Assembly: GCA_963798985.1 (NCBI GenBank)
Contig: CAWCVL010000008.1
Span: 30,442 to 94,441, forward strand
DNA: 64,000 nt
Direction of reading: 5' to 3'
From: an uncultured Actinomycetes bacterium
Lineage (GTDB): Bacteria > Actinomycetota > Thermoleophilia > Gaiellales > Gaiellaceae
The first letter of the stretch is position 1, and each line of letters begins with the position of its first letter. Positions 38,367 to 48,191 of this stretch are shown one piece after another. Below the pieces are notes generated by a model. It was given only the letters and a program-made list of their open reading frames with translations, made no database searches and was not told where the DNA came from. The translations under genes were made by a program, and so were the position numbers.

Positions 38367-38527
38367 GAAGCCCTTTCACGACAGGGAGCTGTGCCCCCGG
38401 GCCGCGCGGGGCAGCGCGATGCGTCGTCCTCAGTCGCGTTCGGATCACGGATCCGAACGCTCCCTGCGTCCTTGCCTCGCACCACCCCGCGCACCCCGGG
38501 AACGAGTCCCTGCCGTGAAAGGGCTTC
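38367..38527. repeat. 161-nt long-arm imperfect palindrome (21-nt terminal arms; central 10-bp hairpin at 38436-38460)
   Basis: GAAGCCCTTTCACGACAGGGA (38367-38387) pairs 20/21 with TCCCTGCCGTGAAAGGGCTTC (38507-38527). Inner segments CCCGGGCCGCGCGGGGCAGCGCGA and CCTCGCACCACCCCGCGCACCCCGGG are also largely complementary. The central hairpin is GCGTTCGGAT-CACGG-ATCCGAACGC. Confidence 0.8.
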
Positions 38528-39434
38528 CGCTCCGACCGCAGCGGTCTGGGCCGCGCTCGGCGCGATCTACGTCATCTGGGGTGCGACGTACCTCGGGATG
38601 GAGATCGCGATGGAGTCGATCCCGCCGTTCCTCATGGCCTCGATCCGGTTCCTCGTCGCTGGGGCGATCCTCTTCGCGATCTTTCGACCGCGAGAGCGGC
38701 CGACCCTCCAGCATTGGGTCGCCACGGCGATCGTCGGCACCTTCCTGCTCGTCGGCGGGAACGCGCTCGTCGCGGTGGCGCAGCAGCGGATCGACACGGG
38801 CGTGGCGGCGCTGATCGTTGCGACCTTCCCGCTGTGGATCGCGACGTTCGACTTCGCCGCGAACGGGCGGCGGCTCAGGCCGATCGCCGTCGTCGGCGTG
38901 ATCATCGGGTTCGCCGGGATCGCGCTGCTGATCCGACCGGGCGGCGACATCGACCTCGTCGGCGCGCTCATCTGCCTCTTCGCCCCGATCTCCTGGACGA
39001 TCGGGTCGCTCTACGCGCGGGGCGCAAGGCTGCCCGACAGCCTGCTGCTCGGCTCCGGGATGGAGATGCTCGCCGGCGGCGCGCTGCTCGCGGTGGTCGG
39101 CTTCGCGTCGGGCGAGCGGCTCGACGTCGCCGCGATCTCAGGTCGTTCGTGGCTCGCGCTCGCCGCGCTCGTTCTCTTCGGCTCGATCGTCGCGTACTCC
39201 TGTTACGTGTGGCTGCTCACGGTCGCGCCGACGGAGCTCGTGAGCACGTACGCGTACGTCAACCCGGTGATCGCCGTGCTGCTCGGCGCCGTCTTCCTGA
39301 ACGAGGTGATCACCGCGTGGGTGCTGCTCGCCGGGGCTGCGATCGTGACGTCCGTCGTGTTGATCGTGAGGGCGCAGAGCGCCCAGCCGGCGGAGCCAGT
39401 GGTCGAAGAGGACGCTGCTACGCTGGCCGCATGA
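38472..39434 (+). CDS. EamA/DMT family transporter
   Basis: Ten TM segments and two EamA repeats (AAVWAALGAIYVIWGATYLGMEIAM...). The start is uncertain: in-frame TTG 38472 or GTG 38391, both inside the palindrome. There is no ATG before TM1. Confidence 0.85.
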   Translation: MPRTTPRTPGTSPCRERASAPTAAVWAALGAIYVIWGATYLGMEIAMESIPPFLMASIRFLVAGAILFAIFRPRERPTLQHWVATAIVGTFLLVGGNALVAVAQQRIDTGVAALIVATFPLWIATFDFAANGRRLRPIAVVGVIIGFAGIALLIRPGGDIDLVGALICLFAPISWTIGSLYARGARLPDSLLLGSGMEMLAGGALLAVVGFASGERLDVAAISGRSWLALAALVLFGSIVAYSCYVWLLTVAPTELVSTYAYVNPVIAVLLGAVFLNEVITAWVLLAGAAIVTSVVLIVRAQSAQPAEPVVEEDAATLAA

Positions 39435-39940
39435 CCAGCTTCGACCTTCGGGCGTTGAAGCTCCGGTCGGGCGAGCAGTTTCAGGACGAGGTCGAGGTAC
39501 AGCTCGTGCCGCTCGAGTTCGGCGGCCAGAGGTACGTCCCCGTCCCCGACGAGGTGCCCACGGAGTTCCGCGCCACGCAAGCTTCCACCGGCACGGTCTT
39601 CGAGCTGTCGTTCGTCGGCCGGTTGCACGGCCCGTGCCAGCGTTGCCTCCGCGACACGGCGATCGACCACAGCATCTCCGCCCGGGAGTACCACGCGTCG
39701 AGCTCCGACGCAGACGAGGAGCTCCGCTCGGAGTACGTCGCCGACGACAAGCTCGACCTCTCCGGCTGGGCGCGCGACGCGCTCGTCCTCGACCTGCCGG
39801 CGCAGATCCTGCACGACCCCGACTGCGCGGGACTCTGCCCCGTCTGCGGCAAGGACCTGAACGACGAGCCGCACGAGCACGAGGAGGAGCACTCCGACCC
39901 ACGCTGGGAGGCGCTCGAACAGCTCCGCGAGAAGCTCTAG
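39431..39940 (+). CDS. YceD/DUF177 family protein (large ribosomal subunit accumulation)
   Basis: 169 aa. CQRCL...CAGLCPVCGKDLN cysteine pairs and an acidic tail. Located upstream of rpmF as usual. ATGA overlap with the EamA stop. Confidence 0.85.
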   Translation: MTSFDLRALKLRSGEQFQDEVEVQLVPLEFGGQRYVPVPDEVPTEFRATQASTGTVFELSFVGRLHGPCQRCLRDTAIDHSISAREYHASSSDADEELRSEYVADDKLDLSGWARDALVLDLPAQILHDPDCAGLCPVCGKDLNDEPHEHEEEHSDPRWEALEQLREKL

Positions 39941-39973
39941 CGCTCGGAGAGAACCGCTACTCTTCTCCGGCTC

Positions 39974-40162
39974 ATGGCCGTCCCCAAGAAGAAGACCTCC
40001 AAGGCACGGAGGGACAAGCGCCGCGCGACGCACAGGATCGAGGCGCCGCGCGTGAACCTCTGCCCGCAGTGCGGCAACCCGAAGCAGCCGCACCGCATGT
40101 GCCCGATCTGCAAGACCTACAACGGTCGCGAGGTCGAGCCGCTCCACATCCAGGCTCCGTAA
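39974..40162 (+). CDS. rpmF: 50S ribosomal protein L32
   Basis: 62 aa. MAVPKKKTSKARRDKRRATH plus CPQCG...CPIC. Confidence 0.95.
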   Translation: MAVPKKKTSKARRDKRRATHRIEAPRVNLCPQCGNPKQPHRMCPICKTYNGREVEPLHIQAP

Positions 40163-40165
40163 GCC

Positions 40166-41158
40166 GTGGCTCGCATCGCGGTCGACGCGATGGGGGGTGA
40201 CCGCGCCCCGGAGGAGGTCGTCGCCGGCGCGCTCGAAGCTCGAAGCGACGCGATCGAGCCGATCCTGTTCGGCCCGCCCGGGCTCGACACCGGCGGCCTC
40301 GAGCTCGTCGAGGCGCCCGACGTGATCGCGATGGACGACAAGCCCACCGAGGCCGTGCGGGCGAAGCCGGGGAGCTCACTCGTCGCGGCGAACCGGGCGG
40401 TCGGCGAGGGACGGGCCGACGCCGTCGTCTCGGCGGGGAACACCGGAGCGATGCTCGCGGCGGGGCTGCTCGTGATCCGGCGGCTGAAGGGCGTCCAGCG
40501 CCCCGCGATCGCCGTCGTGATTCCGGCGCGCTACGGCGCCTCGGTGCTGATCGACGCGGGCGCGAACGCGGACTCGCGTCCCGAGCACCTCGTCCAGTTC
40601 GCGCACATGGGCTCGATCTTCGCCGAGGAGATCCTCGAGCGGACGAACCCCGAGGTGCGTCTGCTCTCGATCGGAGGGGAGCCGGAGAAGGGCAACCACC
40701 TCGTCCTCGAGGCGCACGCCCTGCTCGAGGAAAGTGGGTTGAACTTCAAGGGGAACACCGAGGCCGGCGAGCTGCTGCGCTTCGCCGCCGACGTCGTCGT
40801 CGCCGACGGCTTCACGGGGAACGTCGCCCTGAAGCTGCTGGAGGGGACGATCAAGGAGCTCCTGGACGCGTTGCGCGAGGAGATCTCCGCGACGACCCGA
40901 GGCAAGCTCGGGGGGCTGCTGATCCGGCCGGCCGCGCGCGGCCTCCGGAGCCGCCTCGACCCGGACACCTACGGCGGCGCGTACCTCCTCGGGCTCCGTG
41001 GGCTCTCGGTGATCGCGCACGGCAATTCGTCCCGGACGGCGATCGCGAACGCCATCCGGCTGGCCGCCCGGGGGGTCGAGAACGGCGTCGTGGATCGTCT
41101 TTCGGAGCGGATGGTGGTAGATTCCGCGCGCCCCGACGTCCCCGACCAAACGAGGTGA
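40166..41158 (+). CDS. plsX: phosphate acyltransferase PlsX
   Basis: 330 aa. [23 protein letters not shown] and [11 protein letters not shown]. Confidence 0.95.
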   Translation: MARIAVDAMGGDRAPEEVVAGALEARSDAIEPILFGPPGLDTGGLELVEAPDVIAMDDKPTEAVRAKPGSSLVAANRAVGEGRADAVVSAGNTGAMLAAGLLVIRRLKGVQRPAIAVVIPARYGASVLIDAGANADSRPEHLVQFAHMGSIFAEEILERTNPEVRLLSIGGEPEKGNHLVLEAHALLEESGLNFKGNTEAGELLRFAADVVVADGFTGNVALKLLEGTIKELLDALREEISATTRGKLGGLLIRPAARGLRSRLDPDTYGGAYLLGLRGLSVIAHGNSSRTAIANAIRLAARGVENGVVDRLSERMVVDSARPDVPDQTR

Positions 41159-41159
41159 G

Positions 41160-41405
41160 ATGGCAGCGTCGCGCGAAGAAGTCTTCGAGCGAGTCAAGGA
41201 AGTCCTGACGGAGCAGCTCGGCATCGACGAAGGCGAGGTCATCGAGGAGGCGTCCTTCACGGAGGACCTCGACGCGGACTCCCTCGACCTCGTCGAGCTG
41301 ATCATGGAGTTGGAGGACCAGTTCGGGATCAAGATCTCGGACGACGACGCGCAGAAGATCACGACCGTCGGGCAGGCCGTCGACTACGTCTCGACACACC
41401 AGTAG
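41160..41405 (+). CDS. acpP: acyl carrier protein
   Basis: 81 aa. [18 protein letters not shown] phosphopantetheine attachment motif. Confidence 0.95.
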   Translation: MAASREEVFERVKEVLTEQLGIDEGEVIEEASFTEDLDADSLDLVELIMELEDQFGIKISDDDAQKITTVGQAVDYVSTHQ

Positions 41406-41406
41406 C

Positions 41407-42066
41407 GAGTCAGCCGCGCTCGAGCGGCTGATCGACTCGCTGCCGGCCGGGCGGCTCGAGCAGGTCTTCCGCCACCCCTCCCAGACCGAGGACCGGGTCG
41501 AGTCGTACGAGCGGCTCGAGTTCCTCGGCGACAGCGTGCTCGGCTTCGTGGTCGCGCGCGCGCTCTACGACCGCTTCCCCGACTTCTCCGAAGGGCAGCT
41601 GTCGAAGATCCGCGCGCACGTCGTCTCGCGGCGCTCGTGCGCGGTCGTCGCGCACGGGCTCGGGCTCGACCGCCGACTCGAGGAGAGCGGCGAGATCCCG
41701 GAGGATCTCCGCCGCTCCTCGAACGTCCTCGCAGCGCTCATGGAGGCCGTCCTGGCCGCGCTGTACCTCGAGCGCGGCCTCGACGAGCTCGCAGGCCCGG
41801 TGATCGAGGCGTTCGAGCCGCGGATCGAGGAGGCCCTGACCGAGTCCGTCGACCAGAAGACGACGCTCCAGGAGGAGCTGGCGAAGCGGGGCCAGCGCGT
41901 CGAGTACGTCACGCTCTCGACCGACGGCCCGCCGCACGACCGCACCTTCGAGTGCGCCGCGGTCGTCGACGGCGAGCAGCTGGGGACCGGCACCGGACGG
42001 ACGAAGAAGGACGCCGAGCAGGAGGCCGCACGGATGGCTCTCGATCGGCTCGGGCTCCCCGCCTAG
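41407..42066 (+). CDS. rnc: ribonuclease III
   Basis: Catalytic signature ERLEFLGDSVLGFVV, EAVLAALYLE and a C-terminal dsRBD (GPPHDRTFECAAVVDGEQLGTGTGRTKKDAEQEAA). The signature lies upstream of the first canonical start (GTG 41536). The open frame from 41407 has no ATG/GTG/TTG, so the start is unresolved. Confidence 0.85.
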   Translation, partial: ESAALERLIDSLPAGRLEQVFRHPSQTEDRVESYERLEFLGDSVLGFVVARALYDRFPDFSEGQLSKIRAHVVSRRSCAVVAHGLGLDRRLEESGEIPEDLRRSSNVLAALMEAVLAALYLERGLDELAGPVIEAFEPRIEEALTESVDQKTTLQEELAKRGQRVEYVTLSTDGPPHDRTFECAAVVDGEQLGTGTGRTKKDAEQEAARMALDRLGLPA

Positions 42067-42109
42067 CCGCACCTTCGGCATCCGTGCTGATCGCTAGCCT
42101 CCCCGACAC

Positions 42110-44719
42110 GTGCACCTGAGCGCGATCAAACTGCGTGGCTTCAAGTCGTTCCCCGACCCGGTGGAAATCCGGCTCGAGCCCGGCGTGGCCGTCGTGGTCG
42201 GGCCGAACGGCTCCGGGAAGTCGAACGTCTCGGACGGGATCGTCTGGGCGGCCGGATCGCTCGCCCCGTCGGAGCTGCGCGCCGAGAAACCCGACGACGT
42301 GCTCTTCGCCGGCGCGGCCGGGCGGAAGGCCACCGACTTCTGCGAGGTCGAGCTGCTGTTCGACAACGCCGACGGAGACGGGCCGCTCGACTACGCGGAG
42401 CTCTCGATCTCCCGGCGCCTCCACCGCGGCGGCGAGGGTCAGTACCTCGTCAACCGCACCGGCGTCCGTCGCATCGATCTGGTCGAGCTGCTCGCCGACC
42501 TCGGGCTCGGCGGCGGGATGCACTCGATCATCGGGCAGGGCAAGGTCGAGGAGGTGCTCTCGTCGTCGCCGGAGCGGCGCCGCGAGATGATCGAGGAGGC
42601 CGCGGGGCTCGGGCGCTTCAAGCGCCAGCGCCACCGCGCGGAGTTGAAGTTGCAGCGCGTCGCGATCCAGGCGGAGCGCGCACGCGACGTCGAGGCCGAG
42701 GTCAAGAAGCGGCTGCGCCCGCTCGCGCTGCAGGCGACCGCGGCCGAGCGCGCGGAGAAGCTCGTGGGCGAGATCGCCTCGCTCCGGGCGCGGATCGCGC
42801 AGCTCGACCTCGACGCGCTCGGCGGCCGGTTGGCCGAGGGCGAGGAGCGCCGCACGGCAGCCGGGCTCGCGCGTCGCCACGTCAACGAGCGGCTCGAGGC
42901 ACTGCTCGCCGAGCGGAACGAGGTCGAGGAGGAGTTGACCGACGCCGCGGGCAGGCGCGAGGAGTCGACCGCCTCGCTCTATCGCCTGCGCAGCGCCGGG
43001 GAGCGGCTGACGCTCAGGCTCGAGTCGATCGCCGCTCTGCGCGCGGGGCTGCCGACGGCGCAGGAGACGTTCACCGACGGCGCGGAGCTGCGGCGGTCGG
43101 CTGCCGACGCCGCAGCGATCTCGTCGGCCGCGTCGAAGGAGCGCGACGAGCTCACCGAGGCGCTCTCGCTCGCGCGCACGCGGCTCGACGCGCTCGAGCG
43201 CACGCTCGCCGAGCGCGAAGGGCTTCCTCCGGCTGCCCGCGCGCTCGCCGAGGAGGGCGAGCGGATCGCGCTCTCGCAGCTCGACGTTTCGCCCGGTGAC
43301 GAGCGTGCCGTGGCCGCGGCGCTGCGCTCGCGCGCGTCGGCGGTCATCGCTCCGGATGCAGCAGCCGCGCTGGCGCTGCTCGAGCGTGCGCGCGCCGCCG
43401 GGCTCGGCAGCCTCACGGTCGTGACGCAGGTGCCGGATCCGTTCCGCGAAGCGCGCGTCGTCGCGAAGGAAGACCTGCTGGCGCAGAGTGAGCGCGCCGT
43501 CACCCGGGAGGGCTTCGGCTACGACCCGGCGAGCGGCGAGCTGTGGTTCTCCGGCGAGGCCGCAGAGGCGGTCCTGCTCGAGCTCGAAGCGCGTGGACGA
43601 GAGCTCCGCAGGGAGATCGACGAGCTCGACGCGTCGCTGGCACGAACCACAGCGCGTGCGGCCGAGACGCAGGCAAAGGCCGCGGAGGCCCGAGCGGCGC
43701 TCGACTCGCTGCCGTCGGGAAGGCTCGATCCAGTCGTGGCAGCGCGCCTCGCACGTCTCGCAGATCGCGCTGTGGCCACGCTCGAGGGCGCGGTCGAGTC
43801 GAGCGCGCGGCTCGAGACGCCGATGCGCGCGCGAGTCGACGCGGGATCGCATCGCGCGCAGGAGCTCGGCGAGTCGCTGCGCACGCTCGGTGCGCAGGAG
43901 GTCGAGCTTCGCCGCGAGGCCGCAGAAGCCGCCGAGCGGGCGAGCGCGGTCGAGGTCGAGCTCGCGCGGATCGAGGCCGACGCGGCAGAAGCGCGGCGCC
44001 GGCTCGAGGCCGCCGACGCAGTGCCTGCCGAGGGCGACGACCGCGACGCGCTCGCCGAGCGCGTCGACCGGCTCGAGAAGCGCCGGCTCTCGCTCGGCCA
44101 GGTGAACCCGCTCGCGAAGCAGGAGTACGACGCCGAGAAGGAGCGCCTCGAGGAGCTCTCGACGCAGCGCGCCGATCTCGAGGCGAGCCTCACCGAGCTC
44201 GAGAAGCTCCGCGCCGAGCTCGACGAAACGGTGCGCACGCGCTTCGCCGAGACGTACGCCGCCGTCGAGTCGCACTTCCACGAGGTCGCGACGACGCTCT
44301 TCCCCGGCGGCGAAGGCCGGCTCCGGCTGGTCGAGCCCGAGGACGAGGAGGAGCAGCCGGGCATCGAGGTCGAGCTGCGCCCGGCGGGCAAGCGCGTGAC
44401 GCGGCTCTCGCTCCTGTCGGGCGGCGAGAAGGCGCTCGGCGCGATCTCGTTCCTGTTCGCGCTCTTCCTGGCGCGGCCGTGCCCGTTCTATCTCCTCGAC
44501 GAGGTCGAGGCGGCGCTCGACGACACGAACATCGGGCGCTTCGTCGAGCTGCTTCGCCGCTACGCGGACCGCGCGCAGTTCATCGTGATCACGCACCAGA
44601 AGCGAACGATGGAAGCGGCCGACACGCTTTACGGCGTGACGATGGGAGCCGACGGTGTGTCGCAGATCGTCTCGCGCCGGCTGCCGCGCGAAGACGCAAT
44701 CGCCATCGGCGCCGCGTAA
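42110..44719 (+). CDS. smc: chromosome partition protein Smc (short-armed, 869 aa)
   Basis: N-terminal head GPNGSGKSNVSDGI, hinge around aa 395-480, and C-terminal LSGGEKALGAISFLFALF and LLDEVEAALD. Continuous ORF with Ala/Glu/Arg-rich coiled coils. Confidence 0.9.
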   Translation: MHLSAIKLRGFKSFPDPVEIRLEPGVAVVVGPNGSGKSNVSDGIVWAAGSLAPSELRAEKPDDVLFAGAAGRKATDFCEVELLFDNADGDGPLDYAELSISRRLHRGGEGQYLVNRTGVRRIDLVELLADLGLGGGMHSIIGQGKVEEVLSSSPERRREMIEEAAGLGRFKRQRHRAELKLQRVAIQAERARDVEAEVKKRLRPLALQATAAERAEKLVGEIASLRARIAQLDLDALGGRLAEGEERRTAAGLARRHVNERLEALLAERNEVEEELTDAAGRREESTASLYRLRSAGERLTLRLESIAALRAGLPTAQETFTDGAELRRSAADAAAISSAASKERDELTEALSLARTRLDALERTLAEREGLPPAARALAEEGERIALSQLDVSPGDERAVAAALRSRASAVIAPDAAAALALLERARAAGLGSLTVVTQVPDPFREARVVAKEDLLAQSERAVTREGFGYDPASGELWFSGEAAEAVLLELEARGRELRREIDELDASLARTTARAAETQAKAAEARAALDSLPSGRLDPVVAARLARLADRAVATLEGAVESSARLETPMRARVDAGSHRAQELGESLRTLGAQEVELRREAAEAAERASAVEVELARIEADAAEARRRLEAADAVPAEGDDRDALAERVDRLEKRRLSLGQVNPLAKQEYDAEKERLEELSTQRADLEASLTELEKLRAELDETVRTRFAETYAAVESHFHEVATTLFPGGEGRLRLVEPEDEEEQPGIEVELRPAGKRVTRLSLLSGGEKALGAISFLFALFLARPCPFYLLDEVEAALDDTNIGRFVELLRRYADRAQFIVITHQKRTMEAADTLYGVTMGADGVSQIVSRRLPREDAIAIGAA

Positions 44720-44725
44720 GAACGC

Positions 44726-45067
44726 CTACGAGGGCGCGAACGACTTCGCGAGGCGCCGTGGCGCGACCTCGAGCCACGAATCCGCGAGCCGGTCGGCGAG
44801 CTCCTTCGGATCGATCGCGTCGAGGTGGACGAGCACCATCGGCCAGCGCTCGTAGTGGGGACTGACCCAGTAGACGTCTGGTTTCGACTCGACCATCAGC
44901 GGGCGCTCCTCGGGATCGCAGCGCAGGACGAGCGCGCCGCGCTCATGCGGACTGAGCCACGCGAATGACTTGCCGGCTACTTTGATTGCCGGCTCACGAT
45001 ACGTCGTGGACTCCTCGGCTTCGGGAAGCTCGAGCCCGAGCGCGCGCACGTCGTCCCACGTCGCCAC
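44726..45067 (-). CDS. MmcQ/YjbR family DNA-binding protein
   Basis: 113 aa. WDDVRALGLELPEAEESTTYREPAIKVAGKSFAWL resembles the YjbR fold family. Confidence 0.65.
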   Translation of the reverse strand: MATWDDVRALGLELPEAEESTTYREPAIKVAGKSFAWLSPHERGALVLRCDPEERPLMVESKPDVYWVSPHYERWPMVLVHLDAIDPKELADRLADSWLEVAPRRLAKSFAPS

Positions 45068-45092
45068 AGGCGGAGGCTATCGTGGCGCGGCG

Positions 45093-46044
45093 ATGCCGAG
45101 GTCATGGGGCGAGCTGCTTGGTGAGGACGGTGCGCAGCCGGACTCTCAGGAAGAGGAGCAGGGGTTCTTCGGCCGGCTGCGCGACTCGCTCGGGCGTTCC
45201 CGCCGCGCGCTGACCGAGCAGCTCGAGGTCGCGGTCTTCGACCCGACCGACGAGGCCGCGTGGGAGCGGCTCGAGGAAGCGCTGATCACCGCCGACGTCG
45301 GGCGTGCCCGCGACCGCGGAGATCGTGCGGCGGCTGGAGCAGCGCGGCGAGCTGCCCGACCTGCAGGGCGCACTCGTCGACGAGTTGGCCGAGGTGCTCG
45401 GCGAGCCCGCGCTGCTCGACGTGAGCAAGCGGCCGACGGTGATCCTCGTCGTCGGCGTCAACGGGACCGGGAAGACGACGACGATCGGCAAGCTCGCGAT
45501 GCGCCTGCGCGACCACGGTCGCAGCGTCGTCGTCGGTGCAGCGGACACCTTCCGAGCCGCCGCCGAGGAGCAGCTCGAGATCTGGGCGGAGCGCGCGGGG
45601 GCCGACTTCGTCGGCGGCGAGCGCGGCGGTGACCCCGCCGCCGTCGCCTACGACGCGATCGAGCGCGCCGAGCGGGACGGAGCCGACGTCGTGATCGTCG
45701 ACACCGCCGGACGCCTGCACACGCAGGCCAACCTGATGGAGGAGCTCGCGAAGGTCCGGCGCGTCATCGAAAGGAAACGGGAGGGCGCGCCGCACGAGGT
45801 GCTGCTGGTCGTGGACGCGACGACCGGGCAGAACGGGCTGCAGCAGGCGCGCCTCTTCGGCGATGCGGTCGGAGTGACGGGCGTCGCGCTGACGAAGCTC
45901 GACGGCTCGGCGAAGGGCGGGATCGCGGTCGCGATCGCGCACGAGCTGGGCCTGCCGGTGAAGCTCGTCGGCGTGGGGGAGGGGCTCGAAGACCTGCGCC
46001 CGTTCGACCCGAGGGACTTCGCCCGGGCGCTGGTCTCCGGCTAG
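45093..46044 (+). pseudogene. ftsY: signal recognition particle receptor FtsY, frameshifted in this sequence
   Basis: The N-terminus ...WERLEEALITADVG is in frame 0. VPATAEIVRRL...VVGVNGTGKTTTIGKLA...DTAGRLH...TKLDGSAKGG is in frame 1 after an extra G at about 45301. Confidence 0.9.
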
Positions 46045-46050
46045 TTCCTG

Positions 46051-46257
46051 CTACCGCTCGATCGCGAACGCGATGTTCACCGTCGTGCGGTACTCGCTGA
46101 TTCGGTCACCCTCCACCTCTGCGCTCATCGAGACGACGGCTGCGCCCGAGATCCCACGCAGGGTCTTCGCCGCTTCTTGAACGGCCGCGTCGGCCGCCTT
46201 GGCGAAGCTCTCCGGCGACGAGCCGATGATCGTGACCACCTTTGCAACCTGGGCCAT
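46051..46257 (-). CDS. dodecin family flavin-binding protein
   Basis: 68 aa. VAKVVTIIGSSPESFAKAADAAVQEAAKTLRGI is typical of dodecins. Confidence 0.8.
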   Translation of the reverse strand: MAQVAKVVTIIGSSPESFAKAADAAVQEAAKTLRGISGAAVVSMSAEVEGDRISEYRTTVNIAFAIER

Positions 46258-46318
46258 GGTGCTCCTTTCCTAGGTGTGCGCCGGGGGATCGTAAGGGCGC
46301 CAGTACACTTCTGCCGCC

Positions 46319-47710
46319 GTGTTCGACACGCTTTCCGACCGCCTTCAGGGCGCACTCGGCGATCTCAGGAAGCGCGGGACGCTCGACGAGGAGTCGATTT
46401 CCCGCGCGATGCGCGAGATCCGCCTTGCGCTGCTCGAAGCCGATGTGAACCTCGACGTCGTGAAGGACTTCACGGCCAAGGTCCGCGAGCGCGCGATGGG
46501 CCAGGACGTGGTCAAGTCGGTCACGCCGGGCCAGCAGGTGGTCAAGATCGTCCACGACGAGCTCACGGCGCTGATGGGGTCGGGTAGCTCGCGCCTCGTC
46601 TACACGTCCAAGCAGCCGACCGTGATCCTGCTCGCGGGCCTCCAGGGCTCGGGCAAGACGACGGCGGCCGCGAAGCTCGCGCTGCTGCTCCGCAAGGACG
46701 GCAAGCAGCCGGCGCTCGTCGCCGCCGACCTGCAGCGCCCGGCCGCGATCGAGCAGCTCGAGCAGCTCGGGAAGCAGATTCAGGTGCCGGTGTACAGCGA
46801 CGAGCGCAGCGACCCGGTCGCCGCGGTCCGCGACGGGCTCGCGCGCGCGCAGGCCGACGGGCGCGACACGATCATCCTCGACACCGCCGGCCGCCTGCAC
46901 ATCGACGAGGACTTGATGGAGGAGCTCGCGCGCGTGCGCAAGGAGGCCCGTCCGCACAACGTCCTGCTCGTCCTCGACGCGATGACGGGCCAGGAGGCGG
47001 TGCGCGTCGCGCAGAGCTTCCAGGAACGCGTCGCGTTCGACGGCGTCGTTCTCACGAAGCTCGACGGCGATGCGCGCGGCGGCGCCGCGCTCTCGGTCAA
47101 GGCGGTCACCGGCCGCCCGATCAAGCTCGTGTCCGTCGGCGAGAAGCTCGACCAGCTCGAGTACTTCCACCCCGACCGGATGGCGTCGCGGATCCTCGGC
47201 ATGGGCGACGTCCTCTCGCTCGTCGAGAAGGCGGAGCAAGCGTTCGAGGAAGACGAGCAGCAGGCGATGGAGGACCGGATCCGCAAGGGAAAGTTCACGT
47301 TCGACGACTTCCTCTCGGCGCAGCGCATGCTGCGGAGGATGGGGCCGCTGCAAGGCGTGCTCAAGCTGATCCCGGGACTCGGCTCTCAGCTGAAGGACGT
47401 CGACATCGACGAGCGCGAGCTGAAGAAGGTCGAGGCGATCGTGCTCTCGATGACGCCGCACGAGCGCAACACGCCGCACGTGATCGACGGCAAGCGCAGG
47501 CTTCGCATCGCGAACGGGAGCGGCACCTCGGTGCAGCAGGTCAACCGGCTGCTCGAGGCGCGCAAGCAGATGGAGAAGATGATGAAGGGCATGAGCAAGG
47601 GCAAGATGCCGCAGTTCGCGGGCCTCACGCCCGAGGCCGGCAACGGAGCACCGGCCCGCGCCGTGCCTCGCAAGTCCAAGAAGAAGAAGCGTCCCAAGAA
47701 CCGGAGGTGA
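46319..47710 (+). CDS. ffh: signal recognition particle protein Ffh
   Basis: 463 aa. [36 protein letters not shown] and a Met-rich M domain. Confidence 0.95.
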   Translation: MFDTLSDRLQGALGDLRKRGTLDEESISRAMREIRLALLEADVNLDVVKDFTAKVRERAMGQDVVKSVTPGQQVVKIVHDELTALMGSGSSRLVYTSKQPTVILLAGLQGSGKTTAAAKLALLLRKDGKQPALVAADLQRPAAIEQLEQLGKQIQVPVYSDERSDPVAAVRDGLARAQADGRDTIILDTAGRLHIDEDLMEELARVRKEARPHNVLLVLDAMTGQEAVRVAQSFQERVAFDGVVLTKLDGDARGGAALSVKAVTGRPIKLVSVGEKLDQLEYFHPDRMASRILGMGDVLSLVEKAEQAFEEDEQQAMEDRIRKGKFTFDDFLSAQRMLRRMGPLQGVLKLIPGLGSQLKDVDIDERELKKVEAIVLSMTPHERNTPHVIDGKRRLRIANGSGTSVQQVNRLLEARKQMEKMMKGMSKGKMPQFAGLTPEAGNGAPARAVPRKSKKKKRPKNRR

Positions 47711-47711
47711 A

Positions 47712-47957
47712 ATGGCAGCTCGCATGAGGTTGGCGCGGGTCGGGTCGAAGAAGAACCCGATCTACCGCGTCGTGGTCGCCGACTCGCGCTCGCCGCGCGA
47801 CGGCAAGTTCATCGAGATCGTCGGTCGCTACAACCCGCAGACCGACCCGTCGACGATCGAGTTCGACGAGGAGAAGGTCAAGGAGTGGCTCGGCAAGGGC
47901 GTGCAGCCGTCGGACACGGTCTCCAGGCTCCTCAAGATCAGGAACCTGAACGCCTGA
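47712..47957 (+). CDS. rpsP: 30S ribosomal protein S16
   Basis: 81 aa. [32 protein letters not shown]. Confidence 0.95.
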   Translation: MAARMRLARVGSKKNPIYRVVVADSRSPRDGKFIEIVGRYNPQTDPSTIEFDEEKVKEWLGKGVQPSDTVSRLLKIRNLNA

Positions 47958-47958
47958 C

Positions 47959-48189
47959 GTGGCCGAGCTCGTCGAGTTCCTCGCGCGGAGCCTGGTCGAC
48001 GACCCGGATGCAGTTCGGGTCGAGCGCGAGGAGCGCGAGGACGCGCTCGTGCTGCACCTGCACGTCGCTCCCGACGACGTCGGCAAGGTGATCGGCCGTC
48101 AGGGACGGATCGCCCGCGCGCTGCGCGCGGTCGTCCGCGCCGGTGGAGTGCGCGAGAACCGCCGCGTGCTGCTCGAGATCGCCGGCTAG
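47959..48189 (+). CDS. KH domain RNA-binding protein (YlqC-like)
   Basis: 76 aa. VAPDDVGKVIGRQGRIARALRAVV (GxxG KH motif), in the conserved position after rpsP. Confidence 0.85.
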   Translation: MAELVEFLARSLVDDPDAVRVEREEREDALVLHLHVAPDDVGKVIGRQGRIARALRAVVRAGGVRENRRVLLEIAG

Positions 48190-48191
48190 CG

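Noticed and set aside
38391-38471. Treating GTG 38391 as the EamA start, which would make the 161-nt palindrome ordinary coding sequence.
   Set aside because: The resulting 45-aa extension (PPGRAGQRDASSSVAFGSRIRTLPASLPRTTPRTPGTSPCRERAS) is low-complexity and unlike transporter N-termini, and extended self-complementarity is unexpected in coding DNA. It is not fully excluded, so it is noted under the finding.
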